Shown piece by piece: positions 18,364 through 28,445 of a DNA stretch of 64,000 bases (its first letter is position 1; every line of letters starts with the position of its first letter). The DNA lies in the NCBI GenBank assembly GCA_947479915.1, contig CANKAU010000001.1, forward strand, positions 89,977 to 153,976. The letters run 5' to 3'. The notes beneath the pieces are model-generated. The model was not told the origin of the DNA and did not search any database. It saw only the letters and a program-made list of their open reading frames with translations. The position numbers and the translations under genes are program-made. Source of the DNA: Chloroflexota bacterium (GTDB lineage: Bacteria; Chloroflexota; Dehalococcoidia; UBA2979).

Positions 18364-21219
18364 GTGCGCGCGCGCACCCACGCCGGAAGGGCGGATCGCT
18401 TGCTGGATGCCTTCGTCTCGCTGGACCTCGAAACGACCGGTCTCAACATGGAGACCGATCAGATCATCGAGATCGGGGCCACGCGCTTCGACCGCTCCGG
18501 CGCGTTCGAGAACTTCTCCACGTTCGTCGACCCCGGGCGCGGCATCCCGCGCGAGGTGCGGGAGCTCACGGGCATCGCGGACGCCGACCTGAAGGGCGCC
18601 CCCCGGTTCATCGAGGTTCGCGAGGCGCTCGCGGAGTTCATCGGTGACCGTGCGATCGTCGGGCAGAACATCGCGTTCGACCTGGCGTTCCTGCGCGCGG
18701 AGCAGGTGATCCCTGTCGGCCCTTCCTTCGACACGTGGGAGCTCGCGTCGGTGCTGCTGCCCACGGCGACGCGCCTCAACCTCGCCTCGCTCGCCGCCGC
18801 GGTGGGCGTGCACATGCCCGTCGCGCATCGTGCGCTCGCCGACGCCGAGGCGACGCGCGACATCTTCCTTGCACTGCTCGACAAGCTCGAGGCGCTGCCG
18901 CGCACGCTGCTGCTGGAACTTCGCGCGTTCGCCTCGCGCGCCGACTGGGCGTTCGCCTCGCTGATCGACGACGCGCTCGCGCGCACCGGAGGACACGAGA
19001 ACCTCGACGTCGCGGGAGCGCGCTCGATCTTCTCGGCGCTGCCGCTCCCGCCGGTGCGAATCCAGTACGCGCCGCTGATCCCCCGCGATCCGATCCTGCC
19101 GACGCTGCCCGCCGAGGTCGACGGCCTGTTCACGGCCGCCGCCGCGCGCACTGACCTCCTGCCGCACTACGAGCGCCGCCCGGGGCAGGAGACGATGGCG
19201 CACGCCGTCGCACGCCTCCTCGACGAGGGCGGTACCACGGCGATCGAGGCGGGGACGGGCACCGGCAAGTCGCTGGCCTACCTGCTGCCCGCGCTGCTGC
19301 ACGCGCTGCGCAACGACGACCGTGTCGTGGTGTCCACGCACACGCTCAACCTGCAGGAACAGCTCGCGAACAAAGATCTCCCGGTCGCCTCTGCCCTGGT
19401 CGAGGAACTCGCGGGCGTGGAGCCGGGGACGTTGCGGGCGACCGTGCTCAAGGGCCGCAGCAACTACCTCTGCCTGGAGCGCTGGGCGGGCGTCCGCATG
19501 GATCCTTCGCCGCGCACCGAGCCCGAGGTGCGCCTGTTCGGACGCGTGGCGGCGTGGCTGCCGGAGACGGAGACAGGCGACCTCGCCGAGCTCTACATGA
19601 CCTCGCAGGAGCGCCCCGCCTGGGAACAGCTCAACGCCGAGGGCACCGACTGCCTCCAGCGCCGCTGTGCCTACGTCCGCGACGGATCGTGCTTCCTGCT
19701 GCGAGCGAGGACGCGTGCGGCCTCGGCGCACGTCGTCGTCGTGAACCACTCGCTGCTGCTGGCGAACGCCGCCCGCGCGGATCAGGTGCTGCCGCCGTAT
19801 CGCCACCTCGTCATCGACGAGGCGCACCGCCTGGAGGACGTCGCGACGCAGCACTACGGCGCGTCCTTCTCCGCGCGTGATGTGCGCGATCTGATCGACC
19901 GCCTCGGCCAGACCGACCGCCATGGCGAGGCCGGGTTCGTGCGCCGTCTCCAGGGCATCGGGAGCGGCGAGGCGCTCGCACTGTCACCGCTCGCCGGCCT
20001 CGCGCCGCTCGCGGACCGGCTGGAGATCGCGGTGACGGCGGCGCGCGAGCACGTGCGCCCGCTGGCGGACGCGCTCCGTGCGTTCGCCGACGAGCACGCG
20101 GAGGAGAACGGCGGGCCACGCCGCGAAATCTCGCTGACGGCCGCGCGCCGCGCGCAGCCCGCGTGGGAGGAGGCGGCCGAGGCCGCCCTCAACCTCGACA
20201 TGGCGCTGCAGGTCGTCGGTGAGCGCGTGACGCAGGTGCGGGATGCCGCCGGCGCGCTGCCCGAGGGCATCAGCGAACTCGCCGAGGCCATGCGCGTGGA
20301 GGCCGCGCAGGCCGCGGACGCGCTTGCGGCGGCCCGCGAGACGCTCCGTCGCACCGCGCTTCAGCCTCGGCGCGAGGACATCGCGTGGCTCGCGGTGGGG
20401 GAGGGGGATCAGCGGCTGCACCTCGCGCCGCTGGACGTCTCCGAGCGGCTCGACCACGACCTGTACCGCGATCGCACCTCGATCCTGCTGACGAGCGCCA
20501 CGCTCTCCGCCGCCGGCTCGTTCGACTTCACGCTGGACCGCCTCGGGCTGCGCGAGGCCGACACCCTGGAGGTGCCGTCACCGTTCGACTACCGCAAGGC
20601 GGTCCTGTCGGTGCTGGTCGACGACCTGCCTGAGCCCGGCATGCCCGGCCATGAGCGCGCGCTGCACGAGACGATCGCGGGCGCGGCACGCGCTGCCGGG
20701 GGACGCACGCTGGCGCTATTCACCTCGCACGCCGCGGTGCGCGCCGCCTCCAACGCGCTGCGCGATCTGCTGTCGCGCGACGACATCGTCGTGCTGGCGC
20801 AGGGCATCGATGGCTCACCGGGGCGGCTGCTGCGCCTGCTGGTCGAGCGCCCTCGGACGATCCTCCTGGGTACGGCGGCGTTCTGGGAGGGGATCGACGT
20901 GCAGGGCGACGCGCTGTCGCAGATCCTCGTCACGCGGCTACCGTTCCCCGTGCCGAACGACCCGATTTACGCCGGCCGCGCCGAGCAGTTCAACGACCCC
21001 TTCGGCGAGTTCGCCGTGCCGCAGTCGGTGCTGCGCTTCCGCCAGGGCTTCGGTCGGCTGATCCGTGGGACCACCGACCGCGGTGTGTTCGTGGTCCTCG
21101 ACAGTCGCATCGTGCGACGCAGTTACGGCGAGGTCTTCGTGGACTCGCTGCCCGACTGTGAGGTGCGTCGCCTCCGCGCGGACAACGTGCCGCGTGCAGT
21201 GGAGGACTGGCTGGCGTGA
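18364..21219 (+). CDS. dinG: DinG-family ATP-dependent helicase with N-terminal DnaQ-like 3'-5' exonuclease domain
   Basis: Exonuclease motifs DLETTGL, GQNIAFDLAFL and HRALADA. Helicase motifs GTGTGKSLAYLLPA (Walker A) and VIDEAH. A conserved C-terminal helicase domain is present. The start is probably GTG 18364 or TTG 18400. Confidence 0.85.
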   Translation: MRARTHAGRADRLLDAFVSLDLETTGLNMETDQIIEIGATRFDRSGAFENFSTFVDPGRGIPREVRELTGIADADLKGAPRFIEVREALAEFIGDRAIVGQNIAFDLAFLRAEQVIPVGPSFDTWELASVLLPTATRLNLASLAAAVGVHMPVAHRALADAEATRDIFLALLDKLEALPRTLLLELRAFASRADWAFASLIDDALARTGGHENLDVAGARSIFSALPLPPVRIQYAPLIPRDPILPTLPAEVDGLFTAAAARTDLLPHYERRPGQETMAHAVARLLDEGGTTAIEAGTGTGKSLAYLLPALLHALRNDDRVVVSTHTLNLQEQLANKDLPVASALVEELAGVEPGTLRATVLKGRSNYLCLERWAGVRMDPSPRTEPEVRLFGRVAAWLPETETGDLAELYMTSQERPAWEQLNAEGTDCLQRRCAYVRDGSCFLLRARTRAASAHVVVVNHSLLLANAARADQVLPPYRHLVIDEAHRLEDVATQHYGASFSARDVRDLIDRLGQTDRHGEAGFVRRLQGIGSGEALALSPLAGLAPLADRLEIAVTAAREHVRPLADALRAFADEHAEENGGPRREISLTAARRAQPAWEEAAEAALNLDMALQVVGERVTQVRDAAGALPEGISELAEAMRVEAAQAADALAAARETLRRTALQPRREDIAWLAVGEGDQRLHLAPLDVSERLDHDLYRDRTSILLTSATLSAAGSFDFTLDRLGLREADTLEVPSPFDYRKAVLSVLVDDLPEPGMPGHERALHETIAGAARAAGGRTLALFTSHAAVRAASNALRDLLSRDDIVVLAQGIDGSPGRLLRLLVERPRTILLGTAAFWEGIDVQGDALSQILVTRLPFPVPNDPIYAGRAEQFNDPFGEFAVPQSVLRFRQGFGRLIRGTTDRGVFVVLDSRIVRRSYGEVFVDSLPDCEVRRLRADNVPRAVEDWLA

Positions 21220-21247
21220 GCCTGCGTCTGATCGAGGATGCCGGCGC

Positions 21248-21721
21248 ATGAGCACGTGGGCGCGTGGCCTCGGCATCTCGCTCGTCGCCTCGGATCCATC
21301 GAGCGTCCTCGCGGACGCCTCGCTGCACCGTGCGCTTGCGGACGGCATCGAGCACGCGCACGAGGGCCCACTGCACGAGTTCCCGACAGGCGCCGAGTGG
21401 TACGTGATCCGCGAAGGCGGCGCGGACGTCGGCGTGGCGATCCTCGAGCGGGACGCGCCGAAGACCGGCGAGGCCTCGTTGTGGGCGGTCGCGATCGCGC
21501 CGGAGCATCGCGGTCGCGCGACCGCGACGAAGGCGATTCTCGTGATCGAGCGGCGGCTGAAACGCGACGGCATCAGGCCCGTGATCGCGCGCGTGCCAAG
21601 GACGAACGGGCGCGGTCTCTACTTCATGCTGCGCGTCGGCTACACCCCGCTACCGACCGAGGAGACACCCGTCAACGAGACCGGCGACGTGACGTGGTTC
21701 GCGCGGGGCGGCCGAACCTAG
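21248..21721 (+). CDS. small GNAT-like acetyltransferase family protein (tentative)
   Basis: 157-aa ORF starting 29 nt after dinG. The C-terminal half (AVAIAPEHRGRATATKAIL...GRGLYFMLRVGY) resembles a GNAT acetyl-CoA binding core. Confidence 0.45.
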   Translation: MSTWARGLGISLVASDPSSVLADASLHRALADGIEHAHEGPLHEFPTGAEWYVIREGGADVGVAILERDAPKTGEASLWAVAIAPEHRGRATATKAILVIERRLKRDGIRPVIARVPRTNGRGLYFMLRVGYTPLPTEETPVNETGDVTWFARGGRT

Positions 21722-22062
21722 GTCGTGAGGGTGTCGTCCCCGACGTCCTCGGTCTCTTCGACGCCGCGCCGTTGGCGCGCGCGGAGGCGCCGACGATCCT
21801 CGACCGTGCGGCGCACGAAGCGCCGGTACGCAATCGCGACCGAGATCGCGATCCCCGCGTAGATGACGAGGTCGAAGGCACTCGTGAAGAACGGCGGCAG
21901 CGCCCCGGCGACCAGCTTCATTGCCAGCGCGCCGATGCAGAAGAAGAACAGCCCGCCGAATGCGCCGCGCGCCGTCATCGGCTGCACGAGCGTTGGCGCC
22001 TCGACCCGTGGAGTGGTCGAGGCGCGCCTCCGGCGACGCGTGGGCCGGGGTTCGCTAGTCAA
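21718..22062 (-). CDS. small membrane protein, hypothetical
   Basis: Arg-rich N-terminus, then two hydrophobic helices (LFFFCIGALAMKLVAGALPPFF, LVIYAGIAISVAIAY). It overlaps the upstream Cys-rich ORF by 8 nt. Confidence 0.45.
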   Translation of the reverse strand: MTSEPRPTRRRRRASTTPRVEAPTLVQPMTARGAFGGLFFFCIGALAMKLVAGALPPFFTSAFDLVIYAGIAISVAIAYRRFVRRTVEDRRRLRARQRRGVEETEDVGDDTLTT

Positions 22063-22435
22063 TGCGGCGGAAGCGGCGTCGGGCGGGAGCGCCAGCGGGG
22101 CGCGGCGGCCTCGGGGCGTCGCTCGTGGCGGCGGGTGCGGGCGCTGCGGGCGACATCGGCGGGGTCGCGGTCCAGCCGGGGGTCCGCTGGACCTCCAGCG
22201 CCTGCGACTCCTGCAGCACCAGCGCGTTGATCTCGTCGTTGATCGCGACGAGGCAAGGCGAGCAGTAGTAGTAGACGCCCAGCTCTGGCCCGATGATCGC
22301 GTCGCCGCAGTCGATCCCCTCTCGGTTGGAGTAGGGGTTCAGGTGGTACTGCACGTCGCAGCGAAAGCACATCTGGAGCAGGACCGGCTCGGCATCCAGT
22401 CCGCAGATCCCGCAGTTCTCCAGGTCGTCAGCCAT
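22055..22435 (-). CDS. Cys-rich zinc-ribbon-like small protein, hypothetical
   Basis: Cys pairs CGIC, CFRC and CSPC within the first 62 aa. The ORF starts 6 nt downstream of the cca stop. Confidence 0.5.
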   Translation of the reverse strand: MADDLENCGICGLDAEPVLLQMCFRCDVQYHLNPYSNREGIDCGDAIIGPELGVYYYCSPCLVAINDEINALVLQESQALEVQRTPGWTATPPMSPAAPAPAATSDAPRPPRPAGAPARRRFRRID

Positions 22436-22441
22436 CTCGCC

Positions 22442-23722
22442 TCACCATCCGGCGTCGCCGCCCGCGGCGATCACTCGCCGCACTTCACGTTCTGCCTCGG
22501 CGCGCGTCACCAGCGTGCCGAGATACCGCGCGCGGCGCAAGCCATCGAGCGCAGCCCCCAGCGGCGGCCCCTGCGGTACGCCCAGCCGCATGAGCGCGGC
22601 GGCGTCCAGTATCGGTCGCGTGCGCTCCCAGCGCGCCAGGTCGCGTTGCAGCGCCGGTTGCGACTCGGGGCCGAGCCAGCGCGCCGCCGTGCGCGCCGCC
22701 TCGGACGTGCCGGCGAGGGTGGCGAGGACGCCCGGTGAGGTCGCCCCGCCGACCGCTGACGCAAGCAGCCGTGCGGTCTGCTCGACGGTCGTGGCGATGA
22801 CACGCGACACGGCCAACCGCTGGAGGATCCCGGCACGCTCCGGGAGTGGGGCGAGGAGGACGGCCATGAACACCTCGACGGGCAGGGGGCCGGGGCGGTG
22901 GCGGAGGGCGCGCACGGTGGCGGCGTCGAGGCGGAGCGCCGGGTGGGTGCCCCGAAGCACGCCCCACGTCTCAGCGAGCGCCAGGGTGCGGCCGGCTCGA
23001 CCACGGCGGGCGGTGAAGCTCATCTCCGCGCTGATGCGCTCGCCGGAGATGGTGTCGAGGTATCCCGTCCCGTCGGCGATCAGCCGAGCGGTCGCCGCGT
23101 CTGGCGCGAGGTCGAAGACGGCGGCGGTGCGGGCGCCGCGCCAGAGTCGCGTGGCGTCGTCCTCGAAGGAGCGGGCGTGGAGCACGCGCAGGCGCTGGGC
23201 GCCGAGGTCCACGAGCCCCTCGAACGGGTCGACGAGAACGTCCGCAACACCCCCCGCGAGGCCCAGCGCCATGGCGTTCACCGAGAAGTCACGGCGCGCG
23301 AGGTCGGCGCCGAGGTCGTTCGTGAACTCGACGGTCGGGAGGGCTCCCGGTGCGACATAACGTTCGCTTCGGAGTCGGGCAAGGTCGAGCCGGACGAGCG
23401 CGCTGCCCACGGAGAGCCGGACAGAGGCGGTGCCGAACCGTGGTTCCACGTCGGCCTCGACGTCTCCGTACCCGACACCGCGCAGTCGTGCGACGACGCG
23501 GGCGGCGAACCGAGCGGTGTCCTCCGCGAGCGCGAGATCCAGGTCGTGAGCGGTGCGACCGAGGGCGAGGTCGCGGACGGCGCCGCCGACGAGCCAGAGC
23601 GGAACGGCGGCCTCGTCAGATTCGTTGGAGGCAGCGTCGAGGAGTGCGCGTGCGGGGGCCGTCAACAGCTCTCGGAGTTGTGGAAGGCTAGGCCGCATAG
23701 GCGCATGAGCCATTCTTGACAC
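22442..23722 (-). CDS. cca: CCA-adding enzyme / tRNA nucleotidyltransferase (polyA polymerase head domain)
   Basis: LWLVGGAVRDLALGRTAHDLDLA nucleotidyltransferase motif followed by a tRNA-NT body. Confidence 0.8.
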   Translation of the reverse strand: MSRMAHAPMRPSLPQLRELLTAPARALLDAASNESDEAAVPLWLVGGAVRDLALGRTAHDLDLALAEDTARFAARVVARLRGVGYGDVEADVEPRFGTASVRLSVGSALVRLDLARLRSERYVAPGALPTVEFTNDLGADLARRDFSVNAMALGLAGGVADVLVDPFEGLVDLGAQRLRVLHARSFEDDATRLWRGARTAAVFDLAPDAATARLIADGTGYLDTISGERISAEMSFTARRGRAGRTLALAETWGVLRGTHPALRLDAATVRALRHRPGPLPVEVFMAVLLAPLPERAGILQRLAVSRVIATTVEQTARLLASAVGGATSPGVLATLAGTSEAARTAARWLGPESQPALQRDLARWERTRPILDAAALMRLGVPQGPPLGAALDGLRRARYLGTLVTRAEAEREVRRVIAAGGDAGW

Positions 23723-23841
23723 TGTGGAAGGCGCTCCCTACGATCGCTCGACCCGGCTGACTCTCCCCAAGTGTCATGCCGTCGGGCTGGGCGTTGCACA
23801 TCGTACGCGCGCGGGGCGCGGGCGGTGGGAAAGGCTCAGGC

Positions 23842-24669
23842 GTGGTCGTTGTGTCCGCACACCCCGCCGCTGCTTCGCCGGGATCAAGCGAACTCGCCGC
23901 GCTCGAGGCGCAGGTGGGTGTGACCTTCCATAACGTCGCGCTGCTCCGCGAGGCCCTGACCCACCCGTCCTACGCCAACGAGCATCAGGACGACCCCACA
24001 CCCACGAACGAGCGCCTCGAGTTCCTCGGCGACGCCACGCTCGGCCTCGTCGTCGCGCAGGCGCTCTACGCCCGCTTCCCCGAGGTCCAAGAGGGGCGTC
24101 TCACCGAGTGGCGCTCGCAGCTCGTCTGCGGTCCGACGCTCTCCCGCATCGCCGTCGATGAACTCGACCTCGGGCCGTGGCTCCGCCTCGGGCGGGGCGA
24201 GGAGCAGACCGGCGGCCGAGAGCGCGAGGGCAACCTGGAACGCGCCTACGAGGCGATCGTGGGGGCGGTGTACCTCGACCAGGGGCTGGAGGTGGTGCGC
24301 GACTTCGTGACGCGCACGCTGGCCGACGACCTGGAGGCGCTGACCCGCGACCCGGACATCCTCAACCCGAAGGGGGCGCTGCAGCAGATCGCGCAGGACC
24401 GCTTCGGACGCCCCGAGTACGTGCTGGTGACGGCCGACGGGCCGGAGCACGAGCGCCACTTCAACGTCGAGGTTCGCATCGGCGGCGAGACGCTGGGCCA
24501 CGGCAGCGGGACCAGCAAGCAGGAAGCGGAGAAGGAGGCGGCGCGCGAGGCGCTGCCCACTCTTCGTGCACGCCTGGTCGCAGACGCGGCCGGCGGGCAA
24601 GCCCCACCGGGCGCACAGGCTAACGACAACCGACCCGATGGCGGGCACCGACCTGAAAGCGGGGCATAG
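23842..24669 (+). CDS. rnc: ribonuclease III
   Basis: RNase III signature ERLEFLGDATL, followed by a dsRBD (PKGALQQ...GSGTSKQEAEKEAA). There is no ATG; the start is placed at GTG 23842. Confidence 0.85.
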   Translation: MVVVSAHPAAASPGSSELAALEAQVGVTFHNVALLREALTHPSYANEHQDDPTPTNERLEFLGDATLGLVVAQALYARFPEVQEGRLTEWRSQLVCGPTLSRIAVDELDLGPWLRLGRGEEQTGGREREGNLERAYEAIVGAVYLDQGLEVVRDFVTRTLADDLEALTRDPDILNPKGALQQIAQDRFGRPEYVLVTADGPEHERHFNVEVRIGGETLGHGSGTSKQEAEKEAAREALPTLRARLVADAAGGQAPPGAQANDNRPDGGHRPESGA

Positions 24670-27600
24670 GTGTACCTGAGGCGACTCGAGGTTCACGGCT
24701 TCAAGGCGTTCGCGGACCGTCAGCGGTTCGAGTTCGGGCCGGGCATGACCGTCATCGCGGGGCCGAACGGCTCCGGCAAGTCGAACGTCGCCGATGCGCT
24801 CCGCTGGGCGCTCGGTGAGCAGTCGGCGAAGCAGATCCGCGCCCGCAAGACCGAGGACGTGATCTTCTCGGGCTCGGACAAGCGCCGTCAGATGGGCCTC
24901 GCGGAGGTCACGCTCTACCTCGACAACTCGGACGGCTGGATGCCGATCGACTTCGCCGAGGTTGCCGTGACGCGCCGGGCGCACCGCTCGGGCGAGAACG
25001 AATACCTGATCAACAACCAGCACGTTCGCCTGTCGGACGTGCTGGATCTGTTCCGACGCGCGCAGGTCGGCCAGAACTCCTACGCGCACATGTCGCAGGG
25101 CCTCGTCGACGAGGTCCTGGCGCTGCGCCCGCAGGATCGCCGTGAGTTGATCGAGGAAGCCGCGGACGTCCGCCGCCACCGCCACCAACTCACGCTCTCG
25201 GAACGCCGCCTCGTGGAGACGCGCGACAATCTGGGCCACGTCCGCATGCTGATCCGCGAGGTGGAGCCGCGCCTGCGCGCCCTCGCACGACAGTCGCGCC
25301 GTGCCGCTCGCTACCAGGAGCTCGCCGCCGACCTCTCGGACGCGCTGCAGGTGGTGCTCGAAGCCGAGCTGCGCGAAGCGCTCGAGGTGCGGACGGCGTC
25401 ACAGGCTACGCACGACCAGCAGGCGCAGGCGTTCAACGCCGCCCGCGCTGAGCTCCAGAAGACTGAGGCCCGTCTGAAGACGGTCGAAGAGAGCCTCCTC
25501 GCCCGTCGCACGGCCCTCGAGGCGGCGCAGGCGCGCGAGCGCGAGCTGGCCGAAGAAGGCCTGCGACTCGAGCAGGCCGTCGCGCTGGCCGCACAGCGAC
25601 TCGAGCTGCTCGCGGTGCGCCGCGCGGAACTCGAGGCGGCGATCGCCGTTGAGGACGTCCCGGCCGACGACGCGAGCAGCATCGACGCTGTGATCGCGGA
25701 GCTGGAAGGCGCGCTGACCGCCGCTCAGACGGAGCTCGCCCGCACCCGAGAGGCGCTGACGTCCGCCGACGAGGCGACGCGCACGGTGCTGCGTGACCTG
25801 AACGAGGCCGAGGCGCGCCGCGCCCGCCTTGAGATGGAGATCGAGGACGGCGAGCGCCGCATCCGCGAGGCGCAGGAACGTGCCGATGCCGACGCGAAGG
25901 CGCGCGAGCAGGCCGCTGCGCAGCGGATCGACCTGCTCCGGCTGATCGAGGAGCAGAACGCGCTCGCCGAGGAGCACGCCCGCGCCGGCGCTGCGTTTGC
26001 GGAGGCCTCGCGCCTCGCCCGCGAGCGTCGCGAGTCGGCCGAGCGCCGGCTCGAAGAGGAAGTGCGCGCGGAGCAGGCGGCCGTCGAGGCACTGCGCGCC
26101 GCGCAGCAGCAGGTGAAGCAGCTCGAAGAGCGCCAGCAGTTGATCGCCATGCTGCGCGACTCCGTGCCGAGCGGGAACGCCGGTGCGCAGGCCCTGGTCG
26201 AGGCGAGCAAGCAGCCGGCGACAGAGGAGACCGAGCCGCTCACCGGCATCGTGGACGCTGTGAGCCGTCTCATTCACGTCCCGGACGGCCTCGAGATCGC
26301 GATCGAGGCGGCGCTGGCGGAGCACCTCTCCGCGGTGGTCGTGGAGCACCGCGAGGAGGCGCTTGCCGCGCTCGCGTACCTGCGCGACCACGCTTCAGGC
26401 ACCGTTACGGTGTACCCGCTCGATGCGATCGAGCACCGCTACCCGCTGAACCTCTTCAACGAGCGCGGCGTCGTCGGCATCGCATCGAAGCTTGTGCGTT
26501 GCGACCAGAAGTACCGCCCGCTCGTGGACACGCTGCTCGGCCGCGTGATCATCGTCGAAGACCTGAAGGTCGCCGAGCAGATGGTGACGCGCGGCCTCGG
26601 CTCCGTGGTCACGCGTGACGGCACGCTGCTGCGACCGGGCGGATCCATGTACGGCGGTCGCACCGGTGGCGCGGCGGAGCAGTTCTCGCTCGCCCGCGAA
26701 CTTGAGGGTCTGCCCGAGCAGATCGAGGCGGCACAGGCGGCGATCGCCCCCGCGCAGGCACGGGTGGAGCAGACGCGCGCCGTGGTGCTCGACGCACGCG
26801 AGGCGGTCACCGCCGCGCGCAAGGGCGTGGACGAGGCCGAGGAGAAGCGCCGGACCCACGAGGGCACGCGCAACGCGATCGAACGGCGTCACGCGCAGCT
26901 CGAGTCCGAGCTGAAGGCGATCGACCGCCGCCTGGAGCAGGCGCAGGCGGACGGCGCCGCGGCCGGTGCCGAGTGGCGGCAGCGCGTCGAGACGGCGCGC
27001 ACGAACCTCGACGAGGTCACCCAGCGCATCGGTGCGCTCCGCGATCGCTCGGCCGCTGTCGGCGGCGAGCGCGACGCGGCGGCGGAGCAGGTGACGCTCG
27101 CCACGCAGAAGCACGCCTCGGTCGAGGCGGAGCGGCGGTCGCTGATCGCGCAGCGCGATGAGCGTGTGGCGACGCGGAAGGCCGCGCTCGAACGGCTCGA
27201 GGGGCAGCGCGCTCAGCTCGAGGCGCTCGTCCGCGAGCAGGAGGATCTCGACCTCACGCTCCGCGACCGACGCGAGCACCTCGCGAACAACCGCACGGCG
27301 CGCGCCGAGGCGCAGGCCGCGGTCGGCCCGGCCCACGCGGCCACCGCCGACCTCGCCTCCGAGGAGCGCGAACTGGCGGCCGCACGCGGCGACGTGCAGC
27401 GCGCGCTGCTGTCTGCGGAGCGCGAGATGCTGGAGAGCGAGAACCGCCTCCGACAGGCCGCCGAGCGTGTGCAGCGCCTCCACGCAGAGATCGTCGAAGA
27501 GAACATGGTCATCCAGGAGGACGGCACGATCGTCCCCGAGAAGCCGATCGTGCGCCCGCTCGCGGGCCTCGGTGACGACGGCGATGCCGAGGGCGACGAG

Positions 27601-28329
27601 GACGGCGAGTTCGCCGCCGCGGGTGCGATGCCCGTACGCGGTGGCGCCGAGGTCGACGTGCCGGAGCTGCGCGGACGGATCACGGAGCTGCGCGCACAGA
27701 TCCGCTCGCTCGGTCCCGTGAACGTCGAGGCGATGGAAGACCTCACCGCGGAGCAGGAGCGCCACGACTTCCTCGTCGCGCAGGTCGGTGACCTTGAGGC
27801 CGCCGAGGTGGAGCTGCGAGACGCGATCCGCGACCTCAAGAAGCTGATCCGCACGAAGTTCGTGGAGACGTTCCACGTGGTGAACGAGCGCTTCGGCGAG
27901 TACTTCACGCGCTTCTTCGGTGGCGGCCAGGCGGAGCTGCGGCTCGTCGAATCCGACGCGGACGACGAGGACTCGGAGGCGGGCGTCGACATCTTCGCCC
28001 AGCCGCCGGGCAAGCGGATCAGCAACCTCACGGTGCTCTCCGGCGGCGAACGCTCGATGACCTCGGTCGCGCTGCTGTTCGCGCTGCTGTCGGTCAACCC
28101 GGCCCCGGTCGTGGTGCTGGACGAGGTCGACGCGGCGCTGGACGAGGCGAACGTCACGCGATTCGTGGGCACGCTCCTGGAGTTGCGCGAGCGGACCCAG
28201 TTCGTCGTCATCTCGCACAACCGCCGCACGATCGAGGCGGCCGACGCGATCTACGGCGTGTCGATGGGCGACGACTCCGCCAGCCGTGTGCTGTCGCTCA
28301 AGCTGGCCGACCTGCCTCGCACCGCCTAG
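24670..28329 (+). CDS. smc: chromosome segregation protein SMC
   Basis: N-terminal Walker A GPNGSGKSN, long coiled coils, a hinge, and C-terminal LSGGERS and D-loop. 1219 aa. Confidence 0.92.
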   Translation: MYLRRLEVHGFKAFADRQRFEFGPGMTVIAGPNGSGKSNVADALRWALGEQSAKQIRARKTEDVIFSGSDKRRQMGLAEVTLYLDNSDGWMPIDFAEVAVTRRAHRSGENEYLINNQHVRLSDVLDLFRRAQVGQNSYAHMSQGLVDEVLALRPQDRRELIEEAADVRRHRHQLTLSERRLVETRDNLGHVRMLIREVEPRLRALARQSRRAARYQELAADLSDALQVVLEAELREALEVRTASQATHDQQAQAFNAARAELQKTEARLKTVEESLLARRTALEAAQARERELAEEGLRLEQAVALAAQRLELLAVRRAELEAAIAVEDVPADDASSIDAVIAELEGALTAAQTELARTREALTSADEATRTVLRDLNEAEARRARLEMEIEDGERRIREAQERADADAKAREQAAAQRIDLLRLIEEQNALAEEHARAGAAFAEASRLARERRESAERRLEEEVRAEQAAVEALRAAQQQVKQLEERQQLIAMLRDSVPSGNAGAQALVEASKQPATEETEPLTGIVDAVSRLIHVPDGLEIAIEAALAEHLSAVVVEHREEALAALAYLRDHASGTVTVYPLDAIEHRYPLNLFNERGVVGIASKLVRCDQKYRPLVDTLLGRVIIVEDLKVAEQMVTRGLGSVVTRDGTLLRPGGSMYGGRTGGAAEQFSLARELEGLPEQIEAAQAAIAPAQARVEQTRAVVLDAREAVTAARKGVDEAEEKRRTHEGTRNAIERRHAQLESELKAIDRRLEQAQADGAAAGAEWRQRVETARTNLDEVTQRIGALRDRSAAVGGERDAAAEQVTLATQKHASVEAERRSLIAQRDERVATRKAALERLEGQRAQLEALVREQEDLDLTLRDRREHLANNRTARAEAQAAVGPAHAATADLASEERELAAARGDVQRALLSAEREMLESENRLRQAAERVQRLHAEIVEENMVIQEDGTIVPEKPIVRPLAGLGDDGDAEGDEDGEFAAAGAMPVRGGAEVDVPELRGRITELRAQIRSLGPVNVEAMEDLTAEQERHDFLVAQVGDLEAAEVELRDAIRDLKKLIRTKFVETFHVVNERFGEYFTRFFGGGQAELRLVESDADDEDSEAGVDIFAQPPGKRISNLTVLSGGERSMTSVALLFALLSVNPAPVVVLDEVDAALDEANVTRFVGTLLELRERTQFVVISHNRRTIEAADAIYGVSMGDDSASRVLSLKLADLPRTA

Positions 28330-28445
28330 CCACACGAAACGGGGCGTTCCGTTAGGATCGAACGAGGGCGTCCACCCGGGCGCCCTCGCTGTGTCAGGCC
28401 AGTGCCCAGCACGGCGGGCACGATGTCAGCGCCGAGGGAGATCTT

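Noticed and set aside
26395-28335. 646-aa minus-strand ORF
   Set aside because: It is antisense to smc and is a shadow ORF.
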